Both the position numbers and the translations under genes were made by a program. The notes under the pieces were generated by a model that did no database searches, was not told the origin of the DNA, and worked only from the letters and a program-made list of their open reading frames with translations. From NCBI GenBank assembly GCA_903936565.1, contig CAIZVZ010000001.1, forward strand, positions 29,401 through 93,400: DNA of 64,000 nucleotides, written 5' to 3'. The DNA is from an uncultured bacterium. GTDB lineage: Bacteria; Patescibacteriota; Minisyncoccia; Phycocordibacterales; CAIZLB01. This document shows, piece after piece, positions 37,208 to 46,663 of this stretch; the first letter of the stretch is position 1, and each line of letters opens with the position of its first letter.

Positions 37208-37364
37208 TCAATTATATACCACAACGCATAAGTTTAATAGGATGTAATATCCACATAATTATTTTTATCATTCCACTCTATTTTTAACCCCAAGCAATGG
37301 ACACACATTTACAAAGTAATCATTTAATTGGATTGATTTTTAATTAATTGCTATAATTTATCAC

Positions 37365-37946
37365 ATGAATACAATTATTGTTCTAACAACAGTGCAACTT
37401 GTAGCGATTGCACTTGGCGCGGCAAGCGCATTTATTATTGACATTTTTTTTATCACGTCTCTAAGTCATAGCAAACTTCGAAATCACGAAGTTTCAATGG
37501 TAAGAAGGTTGAGTCTACTTAGTATAGTTGCAGCCTGTCTTGCAATATTTCTACAAACCTTAATATTGTTTTCTATTAGAGAAACTATTCCCGATAGCTT
37601 TCTTTCCTTCTCGTTTGTAACAATTATATTTACAATTGCTGCTTTAATTTGTTCAATAACCTTAAGAAAAGTTCACCTCCCATCATTACTTAGACATCAA
37701 AATGATCATGCGCATTTATCTAATCACCATTTACATCACGGAGAAGATATCGTCCTTGTTTCAACAATCTCGACTGTGTCGTGGGTTTCGGTTTTAATCA
37801 TTTATGCAATAGCCCAAGATGGTCACTACAGTAGTCCATACCCCTTCATTGTTGGCTATATAATATTTGTAGTAGTAATGTCTGGCTTGACAAAGATGAT
37901 TAAGAGACATCTGCTTGATTCGAGAAAGCACAAAAAGTCCAAATAG
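37365..37946 (+). CDS. integral membrane protein with His-rich loop (HAHLSNHHLHHGED), hypothetical
   Basis: 193 aa, ~5 TM helices. Confidence 0.45.
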   Translation: MNTIIVLTTVQLVAIALGAASAFIIDIFFITSLSHSKLRNHEVSMVRRLSLLSIVAACLAIFLQTLILFSIRETIPDSFLSFSFVTIIFTIAALICSITLRKVHLPSLLRHQNDHAHLSNHHLHHGEDIVLVSTISTVSWVSVLIIYAIAQDGHYSSPYPFIVGYIIFVVVMSGLTKMIKRHLLDSRKHKKSK

Positions 37947-38089
37947 ACCCTTATTTTTAAGCGCCAAATTACATCACTAATATTTACGAAAAATATTCTT
38001 TGTTATACACAAGTTGTAAACATCTTTTACTCCGTTTCCAGCTTTTTTAATGACGAAAAAAATTCAAGGTATGCTAAAATTGGACTATC

Positions 38090-39520
38090 ATGGCGACAGA
38101 CACAAACACATACAAAAAGGGCAATTGGAATTCCAATAAAGTGGAGCCATTTCATAATAGAAGAGAGTTGCGAATTCCTCCGCACAGCATTGAAGCAGAG
38201 CAGGCTGTTTTGGGATCTGTCATGCTTCGTCAAGAAGCAATTATAGATATTTCAGACCTAATCAAAGCTGAATCATTTTACAGTGAAAAACATAGAATGA
38301 TCTTTTTAGCAATGCTTGAACTTTCAAGCAAGCATGAGCCAATCGACCTTCTTTCGGTACGAGCAAAAATTGAAGAACAAGGAATTCTTGATCAAATTGG
38401 AGGTGCCAGTTATTTAACAGAATTAGTTCACTCAGTTCCCTCTTCTGCAAACATTGAACACTATGCAGGACTTGTTAGGAAGAAGTTCATGATGAGGAAT
38501 TTAATTGGAGCGTCAGAGTTTATTTCTCAACTTGGTTTTGATGAGCAAGGAGACCTAGATGAAATTCTCGACCTTGCAGAGAAGAAGGTTTTTGAATTAA
38601 CTAACGTTGGAAATGCCAAGAAATTTACTGACCTTAAAAGTGCTCTTGAAGATACATGGAATAACATTGACAAGCTTCACAATTCCCCCAATGAAGTTAG
38701 AGGAGTTCCAACAGGCTTTAGAGATTTAGACAACAAATTGGCTGGCCTACAAAAATCTGACCTCATTATCCTAGCCGCCCGCCCTTCTGTTGGAAAGACA
38801 TCCTTTGCGCTAGATATCGCACGTCACGCTGCAGTTGAATGTAAGGTGCCAGTTTGCATCTTCTCACTGGAAATGAGTGCACAACAGCTAGCACAAAGAA
38901 TGCTCTCCGCAGCATCCCGTGTTGATTCATGGAAGATTAGAACTGCCAAGAATCTAAATGACAATGACTTTGAAATGTTACAACTTGGTCTTGGAAAACT
39001 AGGCGATGCACCAATTTACATTGATGATCAAGCTGGAAACAACATTGTCAAAATGAGAAGCTTTGCTAGAAGAATCAAGTCTGAAAAAGGTCTAGGACTT
39101 ATTATTGTTGACTACTTGCAGTTAATGTCCCCAACTGGAGCAAAAGCATCTGATAACCTAGTTCAACAAATTACAGAAATCTCTCGTTCCCTTAAGCACC
39201 TGGCTCGTGAGATGGATGTGCCAGTTCTTGCTCTGTCACAGCTCTCTCGTGCAGTTGAGCAACGTGGGGGAAAGCCTCGCCTTTCTGACCTTCGTGACTC
39301 TGGTTCTATTGAGCAGGACGCCGATGTTGTCATGTTCATTCACAGAGAAGACAGGTACAAGGAACACAATGAGCGTGACGGTATTGCTGAGATTCTAATT
39401 GAAAAGCACAGAAACGGACCAACTGGTGTTGTTAATCTTAAATTCGACGGTGAACATACATCCTTCATCTCAATCGAGAAGAGTGACTTTGGAGATTTTG
39501 AAGATCATATGCAGGGATAA
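38090..39520 (+). CDS. dnaB: replicative DNA helicase DnaB
   Basis: N-terminal EQAVLGSVML...; Walker A ARPSVGKTSFALDIA; FSLEMSAQQLAQRML; LSQLSRAVEQR; IIVDYLQLM. Confidence 0.92.
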   Translation: MATDTNTYKKGNWNSNKVEPFHNRRELRIPPHSIEAEQAVLGSVMLRQEAIIDISDLIKAESFYSEKHRMIFLAMLELSSKHEPIDLLSVRAKIEEQGILDQIGGASYLTELVHSVPSSANIEHYAGLVRKKFMMRNLIGASEFISQLGFDEQGDLDEILDLAEKKVFELTNVGNAKKFTDLKSALEDTWNNIDKLHNSPNEVRGVPTGFRDLDNKLAGLQKSDLIILAARPSVGKTSFALDIARHAAVECKVPVCIFSLEMSAQQLAQRMLSAASRVDSWKIRTAKNLNDNDFEMLQLGLGKLGDAPIYIDDQAGNNIVKMRSFARRIKSEKGLGLIIVDYLQLMSPTGAKASDNLVQQITEISRSLKHLAREMDVPVLALSQLSRAVEQRGGKPRLSDLRDSGSIEQDADVVMFIHREDRYKEHNERDGIAEILIEKHRNGPTGVVNLKFDGEHTSFISIEKSDFGDFEDHMQG

Positions 39521-39601
39521 ACTACGCTCAAAGTTGGCGATTTTTCTCTAAATTAATGGTAAAATAATCCGCAACAACCACACTAAACACCAACACACAA
39601 C

Positions 39602-40216
39602 ATGGACGCCTTAGACAAATTATCTGAAATATTCAAAAAGTTCCCAGGAATTGGCCCAAGACAAGCTAAGCGTTTTGTCTATCATATTTTGCAGGAAAAT
39701 GAAGAAGACATAGCGGAGCTTATCAACGCAATTAGTAATATCAAACGAGGTGTCTCAATTTGTGACAAATGCTACAGATATTTTGAGAACAAGAATAAGC
39801 AAATGGTTGTCCCCTGCCCGATATGTTCAAATACCAGTCGTGATCAAAGTACCCTGATGATTGTCGCCAAAGATATTGACCTGCTAGCTGTCGAGCGAAG
39901 CCGTGCTTATAATGGAGTATATTTTGTTTTAGGAAACACCGTACCCATTTTAGATGAAGAGCCTCACAAGAAGATTAGACAAGGTGAACTACTCTACAGA
40001 GTTGAGGAACTTACTAATTTAAAGGAAATAATAATCGCAACAAGTGTTAACACCGAGGGCGAGCATACAGCATTTTACCTAAATACCTTACTTAGACCCT
40101 ACAAAGAAAAAAGTGGATTCAAAATCACCACACTTGGTCGCGGACTTTCAACTGGAACAGAGTTGGAATACTCTGACGGTGATACACTGAAGAGTGCACT
40201 GGAGAATAGACACTAA
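39602..40216 (+). CDS. recR: recombination protein RecR
   Basis: HhH GIGPRQAKRFVYHIL, C4 zinc finger CDKCYRYFE...CPICS, Toprim region LMIVAKDIDLLAVE. Confidence 0.9.
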   Translation: MDALDKLSEIFKKFPGIGPRQAKRFVYHILQENEEDIAELINAISNIKRGVSICDKCYRYFENKNKQMVVPCPICSNTSRDQSTLMIVAKDIDLLAVERSRAYNGVYFVLGNTVPILDEEPHKKIRQGELLYRVEELTNLKEIIIATSVNTEGEHTAFYLNTLLRPYKEKSGFKITTLGRGLSTGTELEYSDGDTLKSALENRH

Positions 40217-40321
40217 TTTAAATAATTTTATAAAAATAACACCATCCGAAGATGGTGTGCCCCAAAGAATTGAACTTCGGTAACGGTTTGCAACCGAGTG
40301 GCGAATACCACTATTGAATGA

Positions 40322-40951
40322 TTACGGACCTAAGGGAAGTGCCCAAGGACTGTCGAACGGCAGTTGATAGTTCAAACAGCAGTAGATTAAGACGAACGCA
40401 AAAAGAAGAAAGAGTATACTATCGACAGGGTGTCGATATATCTCTGCGACTGTCTCAAGAAGTTTCTTCAGAATCGGTTGCACAAACCGCCTTCTCTCAA
40501 CTGGGGAATAAAACATTCTCCAGGTCGACGAAGCAATAGGTTCTCCCTTTTCTGTTTTTACTTCAATCAACCAATCACAGTACGCCCTTCCTTTTTTTAC
40601 AGATCGACTCATCAAGGTGTATGAGTACTGATAGAACATACCGATATGAAGCGGGCGCTTCAACTCGACAGAACCATAGCCCAAAGCGATTATCTCAATG
40701 TCCTCGTCGAACTCAAGGATTTTATGAATCCCCGACTTAGTCAGCGCGAGGACAAAATCCCCACAACACGTCAGACTCTTAAGATTCGATCTGAAGCGCC
40801 AGGCAGTAAACGGATTGATGTGAACCTTATTCCAGTCCCCTGTTGCGATTGCAAAAAGGATGAAGCGGAAGAAGGACACAATCAACCGATCAGACTGCCA
40901 GTAAAATCCTATGGGGAGATCGCCAATTTCAGATATTCTTTTAAGGTGCAT
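40322..40951 (-). CDS. MaoC-like (R)-hydratase/hotdog-fold protein with hydrophobic C-terminal extension
   Basis: FAIATGDWNKVHINPFTA matches the MaoC FA..SGD.NPIH.D...A motif; hairpin caccatc-cgaa-gatggtg plus T-run downstream on minus. Confidence 0.45.
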   Translation of the reverse strand: MHLKRISEIGDLPIGFYWQSDRLIVSFFRFILFAIATGDWNKVHINPFTAWRFRSNLKSLTCCGDFVLALTKSGIHKILEFDEDIEIIALGYGSVELKRPLHIGMFYQYSYTLMSRSVKKGRAYCDWLIEVKTEKGEPIASSTWRMFYSPVERRRFVQPILKKLLETVAEIYRHPVDSILFLLFAFVLIYCCLNYQLPFDSPWALPLGP

Positions 40952-41096
40952 TATCGTAACGGTATATTTTGCCCGGAATTAGGCTAAGACACAATAACAC
41001 TACTTACAGGCTTCGTCAATTTACCTCATCTTAAGTATATAAACAAAAGAAAAACCCCAAGCTCGAGGCTTGAGGTAATTCTTCAAAACATTGCGC

Positions 41097-41462
41097 TTAT
41101 GCGATGCTTGTAATCTTAACCTTAAAGAAAGGTTGTCTGTGTCCAAATTTCATAGATCTTGAACGAGACTTTTGCTTGTATCTCATTCCAACCACCTTAG
41201 GTGATCTGCCGATTTCTACGATCTCCCCTGTTACCTTAGCGCCGGTTATCATAGGTGCTCCAACAACTGTTTCTGTTCCGTTATCCTTAAGAAGCACGTC
41301 TGTGAACTCTACCTTCTCTCCTAGAGCGTGTTCTCCCTTAAGTATTTCCATACTGATAATAAGTCCTTCAGAAACTCTGTATTGTTTTGCCCCAGTTTTA
41401 ATAACGGCAAAAGCCCCCTCTGAACTTGCGATTTTTGGTGATATTTTATTAGTTATAGCCAT
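41097..41462 (-). CDS. rplU: 50S ribosomal protein L21
   Basis: AVIKTGAKQYRVSEG...GEKVEFTDVLL...KQKSRSRSMKFGHRQ canonical L21. Confidence 0.85.
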   Translation of the reverse strand: MAITNKISPKIASSEGAFAVIKTGAKQYRVSEGLIISMEILKGEHALGEKVEFTDVLLKDNGTETVVGAPMITGAKVTGEIVEIGRSPKVVGMRYKQKSRSRSMKFGHRQPFFKVKITSIA

Positions 41463-41564
41463 ATGGATGTAGAGTATACACTACGAGGCTAAGATAATCA
41501 AGTACCTAATTACCCCCACCAATTTTATAGACATTTTATATTTACTGGGGTAAAATTATAGCAA

Positions 41565-41852
41565 ATGCCTATAGATTTTGATGAAAACAAGCCTGGCGTC
41601 CCAAGATTTAGCCCTAATGGAAGATATTTAGGAAAGACCTTGCCCGTTAAAGAAAAGAAGGAGTATGGTCCTATTATTGCACTTATACTAAAAGTTAAAC
41701 TAGCCAAGGACGAGGATCATGCTAAGTTTATCTTATTCATTATAGTTCTCATTGCCTTTGGCTTAGCTATTCACTATGGAATCTTAACTTATAAAACATT
41801 CCATCCAGACGTAAACACCGCACCAATTGAATTGGATCAGGCAACTGAATAA
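41565..41852 (+). CDS. small membrane protein, hypothetical
   Basis: 95 aa, one TM (FILFIIVLIAFGLAI). Confidence 0.3.
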   Translation: MPIDFDENKPGVPRFSPNGRYLGKTLPVKEKKEYGPIIALILKVKLAKDEDHAKFILFIIVLIAFGLAIHYGILTYKTFHPDVNTAPIELDQATE

Positions 41853-41876
41853 GTACAATTCTTCCTTGCCATAATC

Positions 41877-43049
41877 CTATTCCTCCTCCGCCATTGTCGG
41901 CTTATCCAAAACAATAGGATCAATATCAGCAGTTACTGTACTCTCTGTAATTCTCATGACGTCTTTATCTACCTTTGCAAGCTCTTTGTGGGCCTTGTTA
42001 TAGTGGCTAACGGTAGTTCCTAGAGACTTCCCAAGAGATTGCATAAATTGCTCATAAGCACCCAAATGTTTTCCCAAGTCCTCTACTCTCTTTCTAATTT
42101 CTTTTGCAGACTCCTCAATTTGAAGTGCCTTAAGTCCCTGAAGAACAGTTTGCAAATATGCCAAGAATGACGTAGGCGAAGTTATAATCACATGCTTTTC
42201 TTTGAATGCATACTCGATCAAATCCCTAGTATTAATTTTAACTGAGCCAACTTGCGCAACCAAGAGATCATAATAAATAGCTTCGTGAGGGATGAACATG
42301 AAAGCAAATTCCATGGTATTTTCTGATGGCTTGATATATTTTGAGGTCTCATCAATTCTTGCTTTCAAGTCATTTCTGAATTGTTTCTCTAGCCGCTCCT
42401 TCTCAACAGGATCTCTTTCTGTTGAAAGCTTATTATAATTCTCCAAACTGAATTTAGAGTCCACCGGAATTATTTTATCTTTCACAAAAACCACCGCATC
42501 GACAATAGTGCCATCATTGAAGGCGTATTGCATTTGAAAACTTCCGGTAGGTAAAACATTTTTTAAGAGTGTCTCAAGATAATACTCACCCAAAATTCCA
42601 CGTTGCTTTGGATTTTTCAAAATATCCTGCAAGCTCTGTAATTGATCAGCGAATGAGACAACCTGCCTATTGGTCTCATCCAGTTTTGTTAAACGCTCCG
42701 TCACATCCTTTAGTAACTTAAACGATTCGCTAGTTTGATGCTGTACAGACTCCCTCATTTCCTTTGATGATTGATACATCTTAGTATCCATGGTCTTACT
42801 TACGTCCCCCAGCTTATTGTCCACATTTCTAGAAAGTTCATTTAGTTGCTGAAGTAGGATTTGCTGAGATGATTGAATGATATTTTGAGTAGACTGATCC
42901 TTAGCAAAAAACATCGCCTTTTCTTCCTCGCTTAGGCCCTTTGAATTGCCAGATTTGCGCATTAGAATGAATAAAACAACAATATTGATAATAATAATCA
43001 ATAAAGCTATAATAATTAACGCGATTGTGCCAAAAGATGATATGTTCAT
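41877..43049 (-). CDS. rmuC: DNA recombination protein RmuC
   Basis: N-terminal TM, long coiled-coil, DGTIVDAVVFVKDKIIPVDSKFSLENY characteristic of the RmuC domain. Confidence 0.78.
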   Translation of the reverse strand: MNISSFGTIALIIIALLIIIINIVVLFILMRKSGNSKGLSEEEKAMFFAKDQSTQNIIQSSQQILLQQLNELSRNVDNKLGDVSKTMDTKMYQSSKEMRESVQHQTSESFKLLKDVTERLTKLDETNRQVVSFADQLQSLQDILKNPKQRGILGEYYLETLLKNVLPTGSFQMQYAFNDGTIVDAVVFVKDKIIPVDSKFSLENYNKLSTERDPVEKERLEKQFRNDLKARIDETSKYIKPSENTMEFAFMFIPHEAIYYDLLVAQVGSVKINTRDLIEYAFKEKHVIITSPTSFLAYLQTVLQGLKALQIEESAKEIRKRVEDLGKHLGAYEQFMQSLGKSLGTTVSHYNKAHKELAKVDKDVMRITESTVTADIDPIVLDKPTMAEEE

Positions 43050-43129
43050 AAAATGATTATATCAAATTACTTGCAAATTAAACAATCTTAAAAGGTGCCG
43101 GAAATATAAACAAATAAACAACCAAATAT

Positions 43130-43585
43130 ATGACAATCTCTGAACAAATTAGAGGCGAGCTTAAGGAAGCAATGATGGCAAAAGATACCGTAAAAATGAT
43201 GACACTTCGGGGTCTTCTATCTGGCTTTACAAATGAATTGGTAGCGGTTGGTAAAAAGCCACAGGATGTTATTTCTGACGATGAAGCCATCGCCGTCATC
43301 AAACGTGCTGTTAAACAAAGAAAAGATGCTATAGAGCAATTTACAAATGGCGGTAGAGCTGATTTGGCAGATTCTGAGAAGGCAGAGCTTGCTGTACTTG
43401 AAGTGTATTTACCTGCACAAATGTCTAAAGAGGAAATTCAAAAAGTTGTTGAAGCAAAGAAAGCTGAACTTGGTGTAACTGATAAAACTGGCGCAGGAAT
43501 GCTTATGAGTACATGTATGAAGGAGTTGAAAGGTAAAGCTGATGGAGGGGATGTTAAGGCGGTGGTTGATGCGATGTTTTCATAA
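43130..43585 (+). CDS. GatB/YqeY domain protein
   Basis: Whole-length similarity to the YqeY family (MTISEQIRGELKEAMMAKDT...EVYLP..MSKEEI...). Confidence 0.85.
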   Translation: MTISEQIRGELKEAMMAKDTVKMMTLRGLLSGFTNELVAVGKKPQDVISDDEAIAVIKRAVKQRKDAIEQFTNGGRADLADSEKAELAVLEVYLPAQMSKEEIQKVVEAKKAELGVTDKTGAGMLMSTCMKELKGKADGGDVKAVVDAMFS

Positions 43586-43636
43586 AATCGTAATCATTTT
43601 ATTCGCCCTACAGAATTCTAAGTGTTATTAAAAAAG

Positions 43637-43674
43637 AGCGCGCACAGCCAGAGTGGCCATGCGCGTTTTTTTGT
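43637..43674 (+). terminator. rho-independent terminator of YqeY gene (gcgcgca...tgcgcg stem, T7 tract)
   Basis: GC hairpin followed by ttttttt. Confidence 0.6.
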
Positions 43675-43767
43675 TGAGTTTGTGGTCACTCCATGAATGG
43701 ATAGCAACCGATGTTTTTTGCATGCGCAACCAGGCTGGGTGCCGAATTGTGATGCAAACCGATTGAC

Positions 43768-44163
43768 CTACTGCTGAGTGGGTGGCTGAATCAATTCCTT
43801 GATATCGTTTGGGACAATCGCCCAAGGAACCGTTCCTGCATACTCCTTCAGCTTTCTGTAGGCCGCGTCTTCGCGGTTGCGATCGATAAGCACGGTCGCT
43901 GCTGTTTGCTGTCCTAAGACCAGCTTTTGAACAGCTTGACCGCGAATTTCTACGTATTCTTCTTTCAACGCCTCCATCTCCCTCACCCGGTAATCAACCG
44001 GGAAGATGAACTTGTCAACAAGCATCACCAAGACGACAATCGAGGCAAGAGCAAGGATCATGGACGAGAAAGACCAGCCACGAAGTGACTGCCGACAAGG
44101 AACGGGTGTGTATTTCATACCAAACAAAAGACTAGTACACAAACCACAAGCTGTCAACTGCAA
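43768..44163 (-). CDS. small membrane-anchored hypothetical, GC-rich islet (probable start at internal MILALASIVVLV)
   Basis: One TM helix; GC above background. Confidence 0.35.
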   Translation of the reverse strand: MQLTACGLCTSLLFGMKYTPVPCRQSLRGWSFSSMILALASIVVLVMLVDKFIFPVDYRVREMEALKEEYVEIRGQAVQKLVLGQQTAATVLIDRNREDAAYRKLKEYAGTVPWAIVPNDIKELIQPPTQQ

Positions 44164-44177
44164 ATTAAATCCGCTCC

Positions 44178-44696
44178 CTACTTCCCCCTCCTTATCTCCT
44201 CCAAAATCAATTCTAACTGTTTATCAATTTTCAAAAATTTCTCACCAATCTCTCTGTCTCTTTTGGTCTCCGAATCTTCGATGTCATCAATATCCTCAGC
44301 TAAGTCCTCATGTGACTCCTGAATATCATCAACATCTTCTTGAATATCCTCCACGTCTTCTTGAATTTCATCAATATCTTCCTGAATTTCATCCAAATCC
44401 TCCTCAACTTCTTCCAAACTTTCAGTGTTTCTATTCACTGTCATTTGAATAAAGATTGCAAGATAAATTGCCTCCAAAGAAACGATTGTTGTTAAAATTA
44501 GCAGCACTTCGTCTGTAGGAGCCCCAAGTGCAATTGAAACGAATGACATCGCAAATAGAAAAGTATGTGCATACAGTGAAGACTCTGACCCAATCCACAC
44601 TGATGCTTTTTCTGCAAAAGTTTTTTCAACTATTTTCTTCTCTTTCTTCTCTTTTTTAAAATTCTTTTCTTTCAGTTTGCGATTTGCGATGTTCAT
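44178..44696 (-). CDS. DUF1003-like two-TM protein with acidic tandem-repeat tail
   Basis: LLILTTIVSLEAIYLAIFIQMTVNRN resembles the DUF1003 core; C-terminus EDLDEIQEDIDEIQEDVEDIQEDVDDIQE (18-bp DNA period, ~44290-44420). Confidence 0.5.
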   Translation of the reverse strand: MNIANRKLKEKNFKKEKKEKKIVEKTFAEKASVWIGSESSLYAHTFLFAMSFVSIALGAPTDEVLLILTTIVSLEAIYLAIFIQMTVNRNTESLEEVEEDLDEIQEDIDEIQEDVEDIQEDVDDIQESHEDLAEDIDDIEDSETKRDREIGEKFLKIDKQLELILEEIRRGK

Positions 44697-44905
44697 AAAA
44701 TATTTTTTCTTAGACTGATACTATATTATTTAATATAACATACTTTTATTGTTTTTATCTAGAAAATTACCATGGTGGAAATGTGTATGTATTAAAACTA
44801 ACAACGAAATAACCCGCGCAGAGTTGTGGCAATGCGCGGGTCTATTTGGCCAGATTGGTTTGGTTGATCGAGAGCGTTGCTGGCCAGCAACACTTTCGAT
44901 TTGAA

Positions 44906-45313
44906 TTATTTCCCGCCCTCTTCCTCGATCATGAGGTTGTAGGTAGGGTAATTGCTGATGTACGATGACACCCTCCATGATAGGCGCTCCCCTTCGGGGA
45001 GAGCCTTGACAGCGTCTTGCAACGCCTTTAAGGCAATGTCGAATTCCTTTTTAGCCAAGACGGGGGAAACCCCGCCGTCGCCACCAGGATTTTCCGACTG
45101 GACCCAGTCCCTTTCGGCGTCGAGAGCATTTAGATAAGCCTCTTCAACCTCTGGGATGTCCCCGCTCGAGTTTATGAAAGGCAGAATTACTCCGAAGAGC
45201 ACCCCCGCCGACGCAATCACAGCGAGAAGGTACAAGGTGCAGGTAATCCAAGGATTCGACGACTTACTGATTCGGTTCTTGCTCATCTGCCTTAAATAGT
45301 AACACATTACCAT
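44906..45313 (-). CDS. small membrane-anchored hypothetical, GC-rich islet (probable start at MSKNRISK)
   Basis: One TM helix, GC above background; hairpin cccgcgca...tgcgcggg plus T-run downstream on minus (~44808-44850). Confidence 0.35.
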   Translation of the reverse strand: MVMCYYLRQMSKNRISKSSNPWITCTLYLLAVIASAGVLFGVILPFINSSGDIPEVEEAYLNALDAERDWVQSENPGGDGGVSPVLAKKEFDIALKALQDAVKALPEGERLSWRVSSYISNYPTYNLMIEEEGGK

Positions 45314-45416
45314 GTTTTTGTAAAGGTCTGAGTGTAGACAAATTTACAACCTTATTTATCAACATATTTTAGCATCACACTATTCCCCACCCCTCATTAC
45401 ATGCTATCATATAGAC

Positions 45417-45659
45417 ATGTTAATACATGCCTTATCGATAATTGTTTTGGTATTAATAAGTGCGATATTTGGTCCGTTTATGGCACTTGCATATCCAAGT
45501 TATAGTATTTTATTTAAAATTATTTTAATACTTGGACTAGCTGCTGCCGTTGGAATAATTATTTTCGGAGTAAAGAAAAAGAAATATTTAATAATTCTTA
45601 TTGGAGTATTGATTTGGACAATGATTGGATTATTCTATGGACTAAGCACAGCATCATAA
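45417..45659 (+). CDS. small 2-TM membrane protein, hypothetical
   Basis: 80 aa, two hydrophobic helices; hairpin plus T-tract terminator at ~45695-45735. Confidence 0.35.
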   Translation: MLIHALSIIVLVLISAIFGPFMALAYPSYSILFKIILILGLAAAVGIIIFGVKKKKYLIILIGVLIWTMIGLFYGLSTAS

Positions 45660-45774
45660 TTTTTAATTTATTTTGATAATTAATAAGCAATAAAAAACTT
45701 CCACCATAGCGATGGAAGTTTTTTATTTTCAACCTACTGTTTTAAAGGCCAAACCTCTCCAGTGCATTGTAAAA

Positions 45775-46515
45775 TTAACTCTTCTTCGCAAATCCTGAAA
45801 ATGCTTGCAATATTTCAAGTGGAACAGTAAATACGACTGTATTTGATTGATCTGAAGAAATATCATTTATTGCTTGAAGAGTTCTAAGATGCAATGCACC
45901 AGGAGTTGATGCCAACATCTTTGCAGCTTCCGCCATGTTCGATGATGCAGCAAGTTCTCCCTCGGATGTGATTATCACAGCCCTCTTCTCTCTTTCAGCT
46001 TCAGCTTGCTTTGCAATAGTTCTCTCCATATTCTCTGGAAGCTTTACGTCCTTAAGTTCAACTGAAGAAACTTCAAGTCCCCAGGACTTACTCACGGTCT
46101 CAACAAGAACCTCAATTCTATCAGCCACCTTATCTCTACTTGCCAATAGCTCATCCAATGTAACTTCTCCAACCACATTTCTCATTGTAGTTTGAGCATA
46201 TTGCATAATTGCATATCTAAAGTTCTCAATTTCAAGAATAGCCTTCTCAGCATCTGCTACTTTGTAATAGATGACAGCGTTAACGTTCACTGGGACGTTA
46301 TCCTTTGTAATAGCATTTTGATCTGGAACATCCACAGCCTTAGTTCTAAGATCAACCTTTTGATATGATTGAATTATAGGAAATACAATTCTCCATCCAG
46401 GATTCATTGTCTTATGAAATTTACCAAACATAAATTTAAGACCCTTCTCATATTGATTAACTTGACGGACTGATATAAGTATCAGAACAACGACAACGAT
46501 TATTGATGCTACCAT
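45775..46515 (-). CDS. SPFH/Band-7 (stomatin/HflC-like) membrane protein
   Basis: N-terminal TM then SPFH pattern VRQVNQYEKGLKFMFGKF...GWRIVFPIIQSYQKVDLR...VDVPDQNAITKDNVPVNVNAVIYYKV. Confidence 0.8.
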   Translation of the reverse strand: MVASIIVVVVLILISVRQVNQYEKGLKFMFGKFHKTMNPGWRIVFPIIQSYQKVDLRTKAVDVPDQNAITKDNVPVNVNAVIYYKVADAEKAILEIENFRYAIMQYAQTTMRNVVGEVTLDELLASRDKVADRIEVLVETVSKSWGLEVSSVELKDVKLPENMERTIAKQAEAEREKRAVIITSEGELAASSNMAEAAKMLASTPGALHLRTLQAINDISSDQSNTVVFTVPLEILQAFSGFAKKS

Positions 46516-46663
46516 ATTATTTTTATTATTTTATTAAACCAACAATAACTATATTTTAGCGTATTTATGGAAATATACCAGCGTATTTGGCCATATCCAG
46601 CAGAGAGGCAATCTCAAGACCTTATTCAATGACGGAGATACAACAAGCACCAAAGTCTGCAAA

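Noticed and set aside
40240-40321. tRNA-like elements: TTCAATT T-loop-like sequence followed by GGGCACACCA, and a TTGCAAA loop reminiscent of a Cys GCA anticodon loop
   Set aside because: No consistent cloverleaf can be built: anticodon stem gives only 3 bp, no acceptor-stem partner TGTGCCC upstream, and the 3' end does not give a proper discriminator+CCA. Better explained as 3' UTR with a terminator hairpin caccatc-cgaa-gatggtg.
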